Shown here in pieces: positions 1-28,981 of a stretch of 64,000 nucleotides of DNA; the first letter of the stretch is position 1; the number at the start of each line of letters is the position of its first letter. Below the pieces are notes generated by a model. That model was not told the origin of the DNA. It searched no databases and saw only the letters and a list, made by a program, of their open reading frames with translations. The stretch spans positions 511,252 through 575,251 of the forward strand of contig NW_018408528.1 in the NCBI RefSeq assembly GCF_002113885.1, read 5' to 3'. The DNA comes from Mizuhopecten yessoensis. Taxonomy: Eukaryota. Position numbers and translations under genes: made by a program.

Positions 1-3000
1 GCAAAAAGGTTTATATTAGAAGTAACTTCACAAGTAATATCATTTATGAATAAAAGAAAAAAAAGGACCTAAAACTGAACCTTGGGGAACACCAGCTGTA
101 ATATATATCAGACTAGAGCTGTAACCTTCAAATATTACTTTTTGCAATCTATTAGTTAGTCAATTTTCAAACCAATTATATATATTACCAGAGATAGCAT
201 ATTTGTTTATAAAACAACCCTCTATGCCAAACCCAGACATTTCTTGATACTGTAGTAAAGTGTGACTTTTACAATATCTTATTTACATATGCATTGTACA
301 TGTATAAATGAATTAGATAAATCAGTTTATGAGTATATGTGCGATTGTTATTTAGCATACATATTAACCAATTCTTATTTTTCATGTCTGAATATTTGGT
401 GCTTAGCACAGAGCCATTTCATCATCATACTTTTTATATATACATATAGTATATGTTTTTATTACTGGTTTGTATACTTTTCTTGTTTTTTAGTTCCATG
501 ATTGATTTTCCCCAAGCTATGTGATTCTAATTTAATTACATCTGTTATCCACTTCATTTTATTTATTCCGTAAGCTTTTTGGCTTACAAGATACAGGACA
601 TATTTCACGAAATAAATGAACTACAGTTGGTACAAAGTTTATGCAGTTGTACAGTTGACAATTTGGTATATGCACACACATACACACGCAAACAGGCACG
701 GACACAAGTGATGTATGTACACACGCATACACACACACATGATATATATAGAATACAAGTCCAGCACGGAGATATACCTATGTGTTTACAGTGATTCAGA
801 AAAATCTAGCACCTTTACATCAATCATATATCACTGATGTGTATGTTTCAGTAGGTTGATGCACTTTTCCAAATAATGATGCAGGATTTTCTTAACCTAC
901 ATTGACAGTTTGCACTAATATGTTAAGTTTTGAGAACATATCTCCTATGGTATAAACATTTTCAGATGACTGACTCTCGCTTTTTCTACTGCAAAAAAAA
1001 TGAAAATATTTATATCTTGTTATTCCCAACAATTAAATCAGTTTCAATTTCCTAACACTTTATTGTAAATACAGTAATAAATACAGTATAACAGTACAGA
1101 GTTGAGAATGAAGAACTGGTATAAACAAAAGGATAAGAGAACAGTCTAAGTCTATATCAGTCTTCTCCTCAAATCTCATATAGTTGATCAACTACCAGAC
1201 CAAACTAACAGAAGGGGGGAAATCACCACAACCCCAAATAAGTAATCAATAATAAATATTCTGGAGTTTTTTTCATGATTACTAGTATATTTGATGTATT
1301 ACAGTATTTCCAAATCAATAAATCATTTTATAAAATCTACCAATTAAAGTGCTATCAAAAATCTCCTCTGGAAAAATAAACAAATTTTGTCAAATTAATG
1401 TAAAATAAATATTAAAAAATTAGATCAAATTAATGTAAAATAAATATTAAAAAAATATATCAATGAAATAAAAAACATTTATTCTAAAATATTTAATAAC
1501 ATTTCATTAATATCAGGTTTGTCTGGCTTTAGTAATTCAATTAAAATATTGATAATCCTCCCACACTCTTACATTTACATCATAGTGATCAGAAATGAGT
1601 TGTAATTACTTAAGCAAACACTTTCACCAACTCAGGGATGGGTTGCTGGCTCTCTTTTGTCCCATATACCAGGTAATAATGATCGTGAGGGACGCAGATA
1701 ATGGCTCTAATTAAACAGGCCAAGCAGTAATCAGGGTCTGGCCTAACTTAGATGTGTGGGTGTGGCCGTGTGTATACAGATGAAGCCAGTCACTAGCTCA
1801 CATATATTGTACCAGTACTCAGAACCAATTATTCAATCCAGAAAAAAATCCTGCCTCATTGTTTTCATAGATTTGCAAATTGAACAAATTAAATATTTGT
1901 CCTCGTGTGTATACAGTAAAAACTTTTATGCAACTCACTATATGAATTTCTCCAGACTTCAATACCTACAGTGCCACTAAACCATTTCTCAATCTCAAAA
2001 CAAATTTTTGTCTTCATAATTTTGCAAACTCAAGAGTTAATTGCTTATGATAGGATTGTTTTTATATATCACTTTATTCTATTATTCATACAGTAGCCAT
2101 ACTGTATCAAAAGTAATTTTAAGGTCTTTTAAATTAACAAAGCAGTTTGAAGTCTAGTTTGAGACCATTTTATTTCTAACATTGTTTCTAACAAGTTTCA
2201 CTTTTAATAAGCTTACAAATATCATACATCACCTTTTAATTCCAACTTTACCTTAATTAAATAGGATTTTTAATTAAAAATATTTTTGAAAAATAAGTAC
2301 ATAGCAATTATTATTTATAAAGACAGGTAAACATTTGACATGAAGATCAGGTTATATGGTATTCTCTACACTATATTGTTTATAAGAATAAAACAATTGT
2401 CATTGGTAGAACGAAAGCAGCTAAAACTAATACTACAAATTACTACACTTCTGCATAAACCCTATTATACACACTTCACCTGTAATTTGTATTCACATAT
2501 ACTTCAACTTGCAATGATGTAAACGCTCTGGAATAAACATGCATGCAAGTGTTAAATTTGTGTACAAGTCTCTTTGAGAATGAACGAAGAATTAAATCTC
2601 TCACAAAAATACAATGACTTACAGTAGTAGTTCTGGTTCAATGCAAGTACATTTGTATCTAATTCGGCTGGAAATCTGATATTGAAGCAAATATGGAGTA
2701 CCCTATGTTATGTAAGTTACTTATGACAATCCACTCACAAGTTATTCATGTACTTTTCAAATCATCATGTTGCAGATACTTTTTTCAGATTTATATATCT
2801 TACTATCAAAGAGAAATGACAACAAGTATTAGTCCTACCTACGGCCTGTTATGTCACCCATACTGTTTTGGGACACTTGACCTAAATTTTCCCTCAATCT
2901 TATGAGCCTTACAGAATTGATCTAAAAGTTTTTATTTATTAAGGCTCTCATGCAATCATGTAGCAATGCAGTCTTTTTTTTAAGTAAAATTATATTTTTA

Positions 3001-3925
3001 TAACTGCTGTCCTTTACAAAAGGCACTTTCGGGGGAAATGTTAAGAGTACATCTTTTAGCTTAAATATCATCTGTTAAGTTACAATTATTCAACACAATT
3101 TCTTATATAGTCAGTAATACATAATTTTCATAAAACTGATTTGTTTCTGCCTTTTTTTTATTCACCTTTTCTTTCTGCTTTCCTTATACAAATGCAATGT
3201 AAATGTAAACCTTTGAAAATTGTATTAAAATGACAATCAATAATTGTTTGTGTGAAAGTGGAAGAAAGATAAGTGTGTGTGAGATTTTCTGCTATTACAG
3301 ATTACATATGTGATACACATGAACATTAACTTTGCATTGTAAAAAAAACCTGAAAATAAATAAAAATAAAAATCTGTCTTTCTAAATGTGATTTTATAAT
3401 AATTGTAAAACTAAAAGTGTCAACATTGACATTTATTTCAGAATATACACTGTTGGTGTTACTTGTTTACATTAAAACAACATCAGAGTGTCACACCATG
3501 GTGATTACACTCAGTAGCTCTAATCAAAACACATGTTATTAATGATCACCTGATCCAGATCAGACAAGTGTGACCACTAGGCCACACCCATCAACTCATC
3601 CCAGGGCCAATCAGGTGCCTAGCAGGGGGTCAGCTTGGGGGGAGGGGTCAAGGCAGGGAAACCATACACCTGACCTAAGAAGGATTTCTGTACATGAGAA
3701 ATCAGCTGTTTTTAACTTAGCCAATCATATAATGTCATTTGGAAAGTGAAAAGTATTCACCTCTCCGGCCACTCAATACAAAAACCCTGACATTTTCATC
3801 AGGGTCATGTCACTTTCTTCTGACACTGCTTGAGTTAACTTCGACCTTTGCATCTTGAACCTCAGACATTTTGAGTCGAACTTGGACATTTTGAGTGACC
3901 AGTGCCTCAGAACTAGTGCTGCATC

Positions 3926-5017
3926 ATGGATGCTTTCATTGAATCCCTCAATCAGCCATTATCTCCAGATGCTCTTGACCTTCCTGTGACCTTCAACATG
4001 TCACCTCATGACCTTCTGGATGAGGTTATCTCACAGACATTAAAAGATGAGCTGCCGGACCGTGAGTCTTTATCAGAGTATGAGTGTTCAGCCACACTGA
4101 CAGATTATGGAAGTCCAACAGAATCATGTGTGTGGGGATCATTTAATGACAATAGTGCTAGTGATTTAAACTTTGACATTGAAAACTTTGCTACGAGTGT
4201 CGGGTCATCACCTACTGAAGTGCCCCCTGGTGAAACTGTTAACTTTAATGAGCAGACAACTCCAGCGAGAAACCTGAAGAATCTGTCGCTGACCTCGTGT
4301 GAGCCAGTCTACAACAGTCCTGGTATAGACAGTCGCTTTAATGACTCACTGACCGGACTGCTGGGCAGTCCACCACCAGACAGTCCCCTCGCCAACAATC
4401 CATTCTTCAGTGACCTTCAGGCCATCCTGGTCAACGACTGTCGTGAAGACATGCTGCCACAGTCGCTGCTAGCAACTATGACGACCCAACCACAATCCAA
4501 TGTTTTTACTCGTGAGCAGGATCTACAGGAAAGTTTCAACCAACTGACAGACAGGTTTCCAGAGGATGTTAACCAGTTGTCTAGCTTCTACCGTTACCAG
4601 GCTGCTCTGGTGGAGACAGAACGTTTCCGCTCACTACATACACAGAAGTACGCCCCCGACTACCAGCGGTCACTCAACTTTCACTATGATTCCCAACTCC
4701 ATCAGATCATGACACGAGTAGAACAGAGTCTGGCTTTGTTACAGGAGTCATCCACCAGCCCATGTTCCAGTCGGGTAATTAAGCCACGCCCCCTCTTGTC
4801 TAAGAAGTCAGTGAAAGTGATGGAGGATTGGTATAAAGATCATTTAGAGCATCCCTACCCGACCGGATCCACTGTGGAGTTACTCGCAGAAAGAGGTAGA
4901 ATCAGCTGTGAGCAGGTGAAAAAGTGGTTCGCCAACAAGAGAAACAGGTCCAACAATACTCGCACACTCACAGAGATTGCCAAGGCTAAGAGGAAACGTC
5001 AGATGGCTGTTCTGTAA
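3926..5017 (+). CDS. Intronless divergent TALE-class homeobox protein (363 aa), probably of the spiralian-specific TALE (SPILE-like) expansion
   Basis: Single 363-aa ORF with good Kozak context (ATCATGG). C-terminal 63-aa homeodomain (~4775-4963) has the TALE 'HPYP' loop and helix 3 'QVKKWFANKRNR'. Acidic S/P-rich N-terminus, plus a helical block (DVNQLSSFY...RVEQSLALL) before the homeodomain. No PBC, MEIS or IRO box recognised. Confidence 0.9.
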   Translation: MDAFIESLNQPLSPDALDLPVTFNMSPHDLLDEVISQTLKDELPDRESLSEYECSATLTDYGSPTESCVWGSFNDNSASDLNFDIENFATSVGSSPTEVPPGETVNFNEQTTPARNLKNLSLTSCEPVYNSPGIDSRFNDSLTGLLGSPPPDSPLANNPFFSDLQAILVNDCREDMLPQSLLATMTTQPQSNVFTREQDLQESFNQLTDRFPEDVNQLSSFYRYQAALVETERFRSLHTQKYAPDYQRSLNFHYDSQLHQIMTRVEQSLALLQESSTSPCSSRVIKPRPLLSKKSVKVMEDWYKDHLEHPYPTGSTVELLAERGRISCEQVKKWFANKRNRSNNTRTLTEIAKAKRKRQMAVL

Positions 5018-5428
5018 ACTCACAGAGATGTCCAAGGCTAAGAGGAAACGTCAGATGGCTGTTCTGTAAACTCACCGAGATGTCCAAGGCTAAGAGGAAA
5101 TGTCAGATGGCTGTTCTGTAAACTCACCGAGATTTCCAAGGCTAAGAGGAAACGTCAGATGGCTGCTCTGTAAACTCACCGAGATTTCCAAGGTTAAGAG
5201 AAATGCAGAGGGCTGCTCTGTAAACTCACCAAGATTTCCAAGGCTAAGAGAAATGTCAGAGGGCTGCTCTGTAAACTCACCGAGATTTCCAAGGCTAAGA
5301 GAAATGTCAGAGGGCTGCTCTGTAAACTCACCGAAATGTCAAAGGCTAAGAGAAACGTCAGATGGCTGCTCTGTAAACTCACCGAGATTTCCAAGACTAA
5401 GAGAAATGTCAGAGGGCTGCTCTGTAAA
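4967..5428 (+). repeat. 9-unit 50-52 bp tandem repeat built from the last 16 codons and stop codon of the homeobox gene
   Basis: Unit CTCACCGAGATTTCCAAGGCTAAGAG(G)AAAYGTCAGAKGGCTGYTCTGTAAA starts at 4967, 5019, 5071, 5123, 5175, 5225, 5276, 5327 and 5378. Confidence 0.95.
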
Positions 5429-6163
5429 ACCTTCTGGGACAATTCCAAAACTATAGGACTCTAACATTTGTGATCTACAATATGTGACTAGTTATTCATT
5501 GGAATGTTGCCAATTTAAAAGACTATACAACCAATACCATGGAAATCTACCTAAGACTAGTATAGAGCTCAGACTATATTACCAAGTGTATATAGGCTAT
5601 CAAGAAAAAAAGTGCTATGTACATATCATTCTATAAACAGTGTTGATTACAACAAATTGTGCAAACACCAAAAATAACCACATTTGTGTCAAACAACATT
5701 GTTACTTTATTTTGTGTATAAATATTAAACCTTGAACTTTGATATGATTTTTTTTTTTTTTATTCATATATGAATTCCATGTATTGAAAATGTCAAGATA
5801 CCTATTTCAATGGTAATGATATTTTTGTGCTTTTCACACATACATTTATTCATCAAGTGATTTTACAGATTTCAAACATATTATTTGAAAAGCAGTGATG
5901 CGCTAAAATAACATTCAACTATCAAAAGTATCTTAATATTGTTTTATTTGACATGCAAAGCATATCAGGTTTTCTGAGTAGTAAGAAAATCTTCCATCCT
6001 GCAAATATGGTCCCAAGTCAGAGGTTCTAAAAGTGGTGTGTCAAGTCTATATAGCATTTGTGGTTGATATAATCAGACTTAACTGAAAGTTTCAAATTCA
6101 GAAACAAATCTTATATCAATAACTATAATGGAGACTTTGGTCTTGAACTTGGGACCATGTTGA

Positions 6164-6677
6164 AACAAGAGGCCCAGAAAGTAGGTCAAGGTCATTTTAA
6201 AGAGGAAACTTTATAGCACTCTATCCCTGGTACCTACTGGCCAAATATCATGACCCTGGGCCTTATGGAACTTGAGAAGATTGTTAAAGCTTTTAATCAA
6301 TGTTGTCTTTTGACCCCCAACTAGCACTTAAAGTTGACCTTTAACCTCATTACTGTGAATAAGAAAAAGATTTGCACTGCTGGTCTACATATATAACATA
6401 CTCAAGTATTATGACTATAGTCCAAATGGTTCTTAGGATATTGTTGTTTGAAGGTTTTAACATATTTGACCCCTGTGACCTTGAAACTATGTCAAGGTCA
6501 TTTTAATGAGAAAATTTTATAGCACTCCTTCCCAGGTACCTACTGGCCAAATATCATGACCCTAGGTCCTCCAGTTCTTCAAAAGAAGTCATTTAAAAGA
6601 AAAAGTTGACGGACGGACGACAGACGCCGCATTACGGCATAAGCTCACATGGCCATTTGGGCCAGGTGAGCTAAAAA
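6164..6677 (+). mobile_element. Non-autonomous Helentron/HINE-like element
   Basis: Starts AACAAGAGGCCC, has internal repeats with GGTCAAGGTCA, a (GACG)n tract, a 3' hairpin AGCTCAC...GTGAGCT and an A-run. This architecture is typical of bivalve HINE-type repeats. Confidence 0.7.
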
Positions 6678-6794
6678 TTCTGAAAGTGATGCAATATCTA
6701 ATGCATCCTAGTGTACCTGCATGGTAAACGAGTTGTTGGTGCAAAACCCATCAAGAATAATTTGCTAACATAAAAATAAAGAAAAGTGCCCTAC

Positions 6795-22882
<16,088 letters not shown>

Positions 22883-23925
22883 GCTGCTTCCTGGGAGCGG
22901 TGTTTAATGAAGTTTCATTTTGGAAGACATCAATTTAAAGATGAAGAAAATCAACATTATTATGTTCGTAAAAAACACAATATTAATTTATAATAAAATA
23001 AAATGTTATACAGATAAAAGGTGAATCAAATGTGAACAGAAATAATGAACGATCCTTGTAAACGCGACATCTATATTTCTTGTATTTAACTAAGGACCAA
23101 CAACTCTTTGATGTTTTCAAACTATTTAAGCGGCAACTTTTGAAAGTTATAGCATAGGGTGACCAGTTTCTAAAATCTAAAAATGAAATTTGACGTATAA
23201 ACAAAAGAGCACAATTAAAGATCAATTTGTTTCACGTTGTTTATCAACAATGTTTTAAAAGTCTTAAATTTTAACCGGAAAGTCAGTTTGCAATCACTCC
23301 ATTTTAACAATACATGAACTTTCTTAATCAGCGTGTTGTCATAAAACGATGCCATTAAGTGACCAGTTCCTTTTCCTGTCAAGTGTCTGTTTGTATACAT
23401 TGCTACATTTTAAAATCAAAACAAAATGTTTCTTTTTGGTGCCGCCTCACTGCCACAGGGCGAGAACAATCAGGAACCATATTTTCTCGTTTACGGAAAG
23501 GTCACGACGGTTCCCGATTGACCACAGATAAGTTTAACATTTTTGCTATTAAATTTTTTAGCAGACAATTATGAAATGTTCTATATAAATTAATGTGTTT
23601 TTTTTTACCTTTTCCAGGTGTATTTCCATTGTTTTCTAATCCAAAGGTAAAGGTAGAAAAACTTAACTTTTCCTAATGTTTGAGCAAAACAATATTGATA
23701 TAATTTGTTTTGCTTCCTTTTCTTCACTTAATCCTTGCAGATGTTAACTAGGAGTATTTACTTTCATTACCAAAAAAATAATGACGTCAAAAACTCGCAG
23801 TTTTGTTCACAGCATAAATGCATAAAATCTCTGGGCACAGAAACAGCACTTTAAGTTGCTCAGAAGAGTCTGTGATGGTTTTAGGTTCTGCTTGGCCTGT
23901 TTTTCTATAAAACATAATGAATCTC

Positions 23926-23992
23926 ATCTTCGCTAGCCAAGTGTTCTCTTCGTATACACTCCACTTACGAAAACTTGGCTTAAGCGAAGATA
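23926..23992. repeat. Small hairpin/MITE-like inverted repeat (copy at ~28842-28908)
   Basis: ATCTTCGCTAGCCAAG ... CTTGGCTTAAGCGAAGAT. Confidence 0.55.
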
Positions 23993-24369
23993 AATGAATC
24001 TAGAATCTATTTGCAATTAAAAAAACAAGAGTTCCGCGAGATGATACAATTGATACGCCCGTCAGNCCGCCCGCCCGCCCGCGTGAAAACATACGTACCA
24101 TCAAAAGAAACAAATTTTAATTTTTATGGGTAGGTAACTTCAATTGAGCAGGCTTCTAGAGTTAGATTTCTGATGAAATAAAATTGTTATCATATAAATT
24201 TCATCTTTCCATTATTTTTTTTAAATATTTTCATTTAAAAAAAATATATTGACCTTGTTTCTTGCGTGGCAGGGTTCAATTGTACATAGATTTAAGGTCG
24301 CCTTCTAGCTTCGAGCTAGGGGGAATTTCCCTTTAGCTCAGTGATAGAGCGTCCGACTTAGGAACCTCN

Positions 24370-27300
24370 CAGGGCTAGTGGTAGCAGAAGGTCAGACGCC
24401 TTAACCACTTGGCCACCACAGGTCATAGATGTATGACAGACAGAGGTAAGCTTTAACAAGCGACTCTGTAAAACAGCCAGTTTAATGGAGTCACAATTTA
24501 CACATCAGCAAAATTTATAAGATTGACAGCTTTAAATATTATTGTACATCTAAAACTAGAATTGTAAGCTGAAGGTTAACTTAAATACATTTATATGTGA
24601 GTAAAAAAAATCATGGGAATTATAAGCTTGACTTCATATGATGGTGAATAACTTTACAAGGTTTCCAAGAAACTGAATCCAAACTTATGAGCGGATATAA
24701 CTGTAATAATCGAAAAGGATATTAACTTCAACTGTAAATAAAAAATACAAGACATTAATGACTACCTTGCTGATAAAGTGTACAATGGTTCATTGAAATC
24801 TACAAAGTGATTTCAAAGTAGTCTGGACATGTTATTTTTTTCTGAACTCAAGTTTGGAAAATGTTTGCCTACAAACAGGTGACAGGCTAATCGGCAGATA
24901 ACCTGATTCCAGTCCCTGATAATTTTGTTGTGTCACTGTTGGTATATCATACACCTCTAGCAGTTCCAGCAACATAGTTTTATGCTCCTAAACATTCTTA
25001 CCATGCTGCTATTTTAAGTATTTTTTTCATTAACAATAGAGAGAATTTCACATGCTGCTATCATTTTTCAGTGTGCTGTGGTTTTATATAGCATACTGCC
25101 TTAACTTTATTTACCACTATAATTTTAGCTAGTATGCTGCTGTTCTTTTACTTACCATGCATTAACTTTATTCCGTATGCTGTTGGAATTTTACTTAATT
25201 ATCCTGTTGTAAAGAAGAAACACATGTTATAATACTTTCAACATTTTCTAAAGAGAACATTAAATTCTTATCTTGAGGATCTATTTACCTGGTCGTACAT
25301 GATGATTTTATCAGCGGTGGTGTAGAGGAGAGTAGCCTGGGTGAACAGTTCTCTCTTCTTGTCCTTGTTCTTCTCTTTGTGGGCCTTCTGTACATAAAAT
25401 GCAGCCAGTGTGTCAAGTGCTCGCATCTGATCACGCTCGAAGTTTGGGTAGTCCAGTCCCGCATCTGTTCGGGATGCATCTAGGATCTTCACAAAGTCCT
25501 CTACATAGTTGGACTTGTAATACTCCAGCTGAAAAATGGAACAAATCATTTATGCATTTGAAAATTACGTGAGAAATCAATGTAGCTTTAAAAACTTTCA
25601 CTGTTACTTTTGGTTATTGTTACTGAATGATTTATTTCTATCGTCACCTATATTCCTATTTAATTAGTATGCATTTCATGTGCACAACTACAATCCGCCA
25701 TGTAGGATATTGGCAATACCACAGTAGCATCAGTGAAATAAAATGTATGTATATCTGAAATCATTTGCATAATACGGTGTTAAAACCTGACTGTTATATA
25801 TTTATCATCCTGGTAGTTCCCCAGAGCTGATTAATAATTAATAAATAGTGAGTAGATTGTGAAATATGCTGGATTAGTAATTACATGGACATTTCAAAAA
25901 GTGAAAATGAAATTACAAATAATGTTTTTCATGGTGATTAGTAAAACATCATTTGACGCTGAGATGTGACTCAGATCCTGATTATTATGGGTTGAATCTA
26001 CAATACAGCATCCCAAAATTCCTCTAATCATGACTGTCACAAGTTGGAAACTGATTTAGACTTACAGCAAGAGTGACCCAGATGTGAAGTGGAGCCACTT
26101 CCTGTCGCAAAATACTGAGAACTTCATCTCCCTCAGGCAGCTGGTCAAGATCGAGCTCGATCACCTAAAGTAACAGAATAACAAAAAGCTTTTATGCTGT
26201 ATCTTATGCATGTTCATATTCAATAAATATATGTTAACTTATAAAATCACAGTGGAAAATAGCCAGTCCCTGCAGTAGGTTTGTTACTGATCCAGTGTGG
26301 AGGGATCTTTTTCCTGTTGCTAAATTGGCATATGCTAGTACATTGTATTATCTTTTTATAAAGCAAAACCTGCCTCCATTACACATTGAAGTTGTTTTGG
26401 GGCTGAAAATGTGACTTCCAGTTTGATAAGCAGTGAGGTTTTTCAGGTCGAACAATATTAATTAATGTCCCATAGTTGTGAACTATTAATAAACATCATT
26501 CATTAACACTGGATTAAGTTTGTGGAGACTCCCCATATGATGTTGTCTGGTCATCTCTTTGAATTGTTCATGAAATAAGTAACCACTTTATATATATCTC
26601 TATTGTACATTTCAGCTGGAATTTCAGTTATTTTTGTCAGCCTTTAGTCTGGAAATTGTCTAAATTGATAGAAACATCGCGAGAATTATACTGACTAATT
26701 TTTCCTCAAAACAAAGAATAAAGTTGTTTTTCATCAATTTTTGTTGGTTTCATAAATGTTTGATTGTATTAATTCCATTAAACTACAGGCAGTTTATCAT
26801 TTACTTAGCCTTCAGTTGAGAGCATGGTGAAACATGTGCAAAAATGTGTAAGAAACTAGTGTATTGCACTTTCCTGGGGCAAGTGGGCCAGCTTATTGCA
26901 CTTGCCAAAGCATTAAAACTGGTTGTCCTGGGCATTGGGCAAGTAGATTTTTACACCCCTGCAGACCTTACTACATTTACTTGATAAATGTTTAGAAAAC
27001 AAACCTAGAGATTGGCAATCTCATGTGAAATGTTAACTTTGAAAACATTAAATATCGGTTGAACTAATTTTTCAAACAATATGTCTGCAACCTCCACCTT
27101 CCCAGTCCGACACAATACCGATCAAACTTAAGGAAAATTCCTTCGACAACAGAGCTAGGTGACCATAATCCTATAACTAAAGTCTGTCGCACATCATAAC
27201 CAGGAAATCATGGAATATCAATGAAAATTGCTGTTATTTTTTTCATTAAATGTTTCCCTTCTCAAAAATGCCAACATCAAAGTATAGACAACACCTCACA

Positions 27301-28981
27301 CTTAGTAAACCGATAAGCGACAAGTAGAACTCTTCCAACTTCAACTGTACTGCAGTACACTACTGTGACTCGCTCATCATGTCAACAAACAGACAGCTGC
27401 AGACAAAGGTCCGAACGCATTGTTTACATTTAATCTATTTGGTTCAGGCTTACGACGAAGCATTGAATGTCCGAAATTTATCCACTCAGATAGCTCGGGA
27501 TAAAACATGTAAAAACCAGTGCCTCCATAGCATAATATGCAGTTGATCGGTTATTTCGGTTCAACGTAACAATGATAAAATTCGAACTCAGCATATCAGC
27601 ATATTACATGTAACATGAGGAAGTATGTTTACTCATTTGTCATTCATATATATAAAAAAAATACGAAGAAAATATACGATATTATATTTGGTAAAAACAG
27701 AGACGAAATTCGAGTTTAAACAAATTATTCAGATTAACATATTGACTTCTTACTTCATCTGTATCCCGGAGAGGGATTTCAATCGAGCCGGCCGCCATGC
27801 TGCTTCCTGGGAGCGGTGTTTAATGAAGTTTCATTTTGGAAGACATCAATTTAAAGATGAAGAAAATCAACATTATTATGTTCGTAAAAAACACAATATT
27901 AATTTATAATAAAATAAAATGTTATACAGATAAAAGGTGAATCAAATGTGAACAGAAATAATGAACGATCCTTGTAAACGCGACATCTATATTTCTTGTA
28001 TTTAACTAAGGACCAACAACTCTTTGATGTTTTCAAACTATTTAAGCGGCAACTTTTGAAAGTTATAGCATAGGGTGACCAGTTTCTAAAATCTAAAAAT
28101 GAAATTTGACGTATAAACAAAAGAGCACAATTAAAGATCAATTTGTTTCACGTTGTTTATCAACAATGTTTTAAAAGTCTTAAATTTTAACCGGAAAGTC
28201 AGTTTGCAATCACTCCATTTTAACAATACATGAACTTTCTTAATCAGCGTGTTGTCATAAAACGATGCCATTAAGTGACCAGTTCCTTTTCCTGTCAAGT
28301 GTCTGTTTGTATACATTGCTACATTTTAAAATCAAAACAAAATGTTTCTTTTTGGTGCCGCCTCACTGCCACAGGGCGAGAACAATCAGGAACCATATTT
28401 TCTCGTTTACGGAAAGGTCACGACGGTTCCCGATTGACCACAGATAAGTTTAACATTTTTGCTATTAAATTTTTTAGCAGACAATTATGAAATGTTCTAT
28501 ATAAATTAATGTGTTTTTTTTTACCTTTTCCAGGTGTATTTCCATTGTTTTCTAATCCAAAGGTAAAGGTAGAAAAACTTAACTTTTCCTAATGTTTGAG
28601 CAAAACAATATTGATATAATTTGTTTTGCTTCCTTTTCTTCACTTAATCCTTGCAGATGTTAACTAGGAGTATTTACTTTCATTACCAAAAAAATAATGA
28701 CGTCAAAAACTCGCAGTTTTGTTCACAGCATAAATGCATAAAATCTCTGGGCACAGAAACAGCACTTTAAGTTGCTCAGAAGAGTCTGTGATGGTTTTAG
28801 GTTCTGCTTGGCCTGTTTTTCTATAAAACATAATGAATCTCATCTTCGCTAGCCAAGTGTTCTCTTCGTATACACTCCACTTACGAAAACTTGGCTTAAG
28901 CGAAGATAAATGAATCTAGAATCTATTTGCAATTAAAAAAACAAGAGTTCCGCGAGATGATACAATTGATACGCCCGTCAG
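24370..28981. repeat. Near-identical direct duplicate of 19454-24065 (offset 4916), probably an assembly artefact
   Basis: Identical ORF translations at +4916. Junctions are single Ns (24066, 24369) enclosing a copy of ~29365-29668. Confidence 0.9.
25289..27798 (-). CDS. CTR9: Second copy of CTR9 exons 1-3 (27798-27754, 26164-26066, 25528-25289)
   Basis: Same sequence as exons 1-3 at 22882-20373; lies inside the duplicated block. Confidence 0.6.

Noticed and set aside
5100-5456. 118-aa and 84-aa repetitive ORFs
   Set aside because: Translations of the 3' tandem repeat of the homeobox gene.
5700-5765. Retrogene poly(A) remnant or cytoplasmic polyadenylation elements for the homeobox gene
   Set aside because: The homopolymer is T on the gene's sense strand, no TSD was found, and U-rich motifs are expected at this AT content.
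24370-28981. A real CTR9 paralogue
   Set aside because: No visible divergence even in introns, and N-marked junctions; treated as a probable assembly duplication.
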